Origin: Candidatus Amesbacteria bacterium
GTDB lineage: Bacteria > Patescibacteriota > Microgenomatia > CAZETR01 > Amesbacteraceae
NCBI GenBank assembly: GCA_016219445.1
Contig: JACRNA010000022.1
Location: forward strand, 1-41,474
Length of the DNA: 41,474 nt
Reading direction: 5' to 3'
The translations under genes were made by a program, and so were the position numbers. Shown one piece after another: positions 41,399 to 41,474 of this stretch (positions are counted from its first letter, which is position 1; every line of letters begins with the position of its first letter). The notes under the pieces are model-generated. The model worked only from the letters and a program-made list of their open reading frames with translations. It was not told where the DNA came from and did not search any database.

Positions 41399-41474
41399 TA
41401 GACTTGTCCCGTAATAAGATCTTTGATATAGTTTGGTTGTGAATATTCGCTCTGCCCTGCGAACCGACAGGATG

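Overview
This is a low-GC, gene-dense bacterial window. Its gene content and style suggest a reduced-genome Patescibacteria/CPR-like lineage: short aaRS forms, tRNA genes without encoded CCA, and many membrane-anchored hypothetical proteins. That assignment is inference only. Positions 1-9.2 kb hold a thymidylate-synthase-fold gene, then a type IV pilus-related cluster. The cluster has three secreted or membrane proteins (one extremely Cys-rich), an AsnB-like gene bracketed by a 17-bp duplication of a prepilin leader, a pilin, a PilX-like pilin and PilM/N/O. Positions 9.2-29.1 kb are mostly housekeeping genes: KH protein, rpsP, rnc, nusB, rpmF, recG, class A PBP, thrS-infC-rpmI-rplT-(ORF)-pheS-pheT, nfo, tRNA-Val, tig and a cyclophilin. 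Three local oddities sit in this stretch. One is an IS200-like Y1 transposase unit bounded by identical hairpins. One is an AlaX-like domain fused to PheS. One is a Phe/Tyr-rich leader-peptide attenuator in front of an ICL/PEPM-fold plus ARO8-type aminotransferase operon. Positions 29.1-41.5 kb are accessory. A ~6.4-kb element sits in the 3' end of tRNA-Leu(UAG). It carries a large serine recombinase, a C-protein/HNH-type nuclease/LexA-fused methyltransferase module, a SEC-C protein and a ~600-nt GC-rich, hairpin-dense non-coding block. Its two ends, if joined, give an inverted copy of an internal 183-bp site, identical except for one mismatch in the 85-bp part. Further right lie a tRNA cluster interleaved with LAGLIDADG-type ORFs and a second large serine recombinase abutting tRNA-Gly(GCC). 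No CRISPR array and no rRNA were seen.
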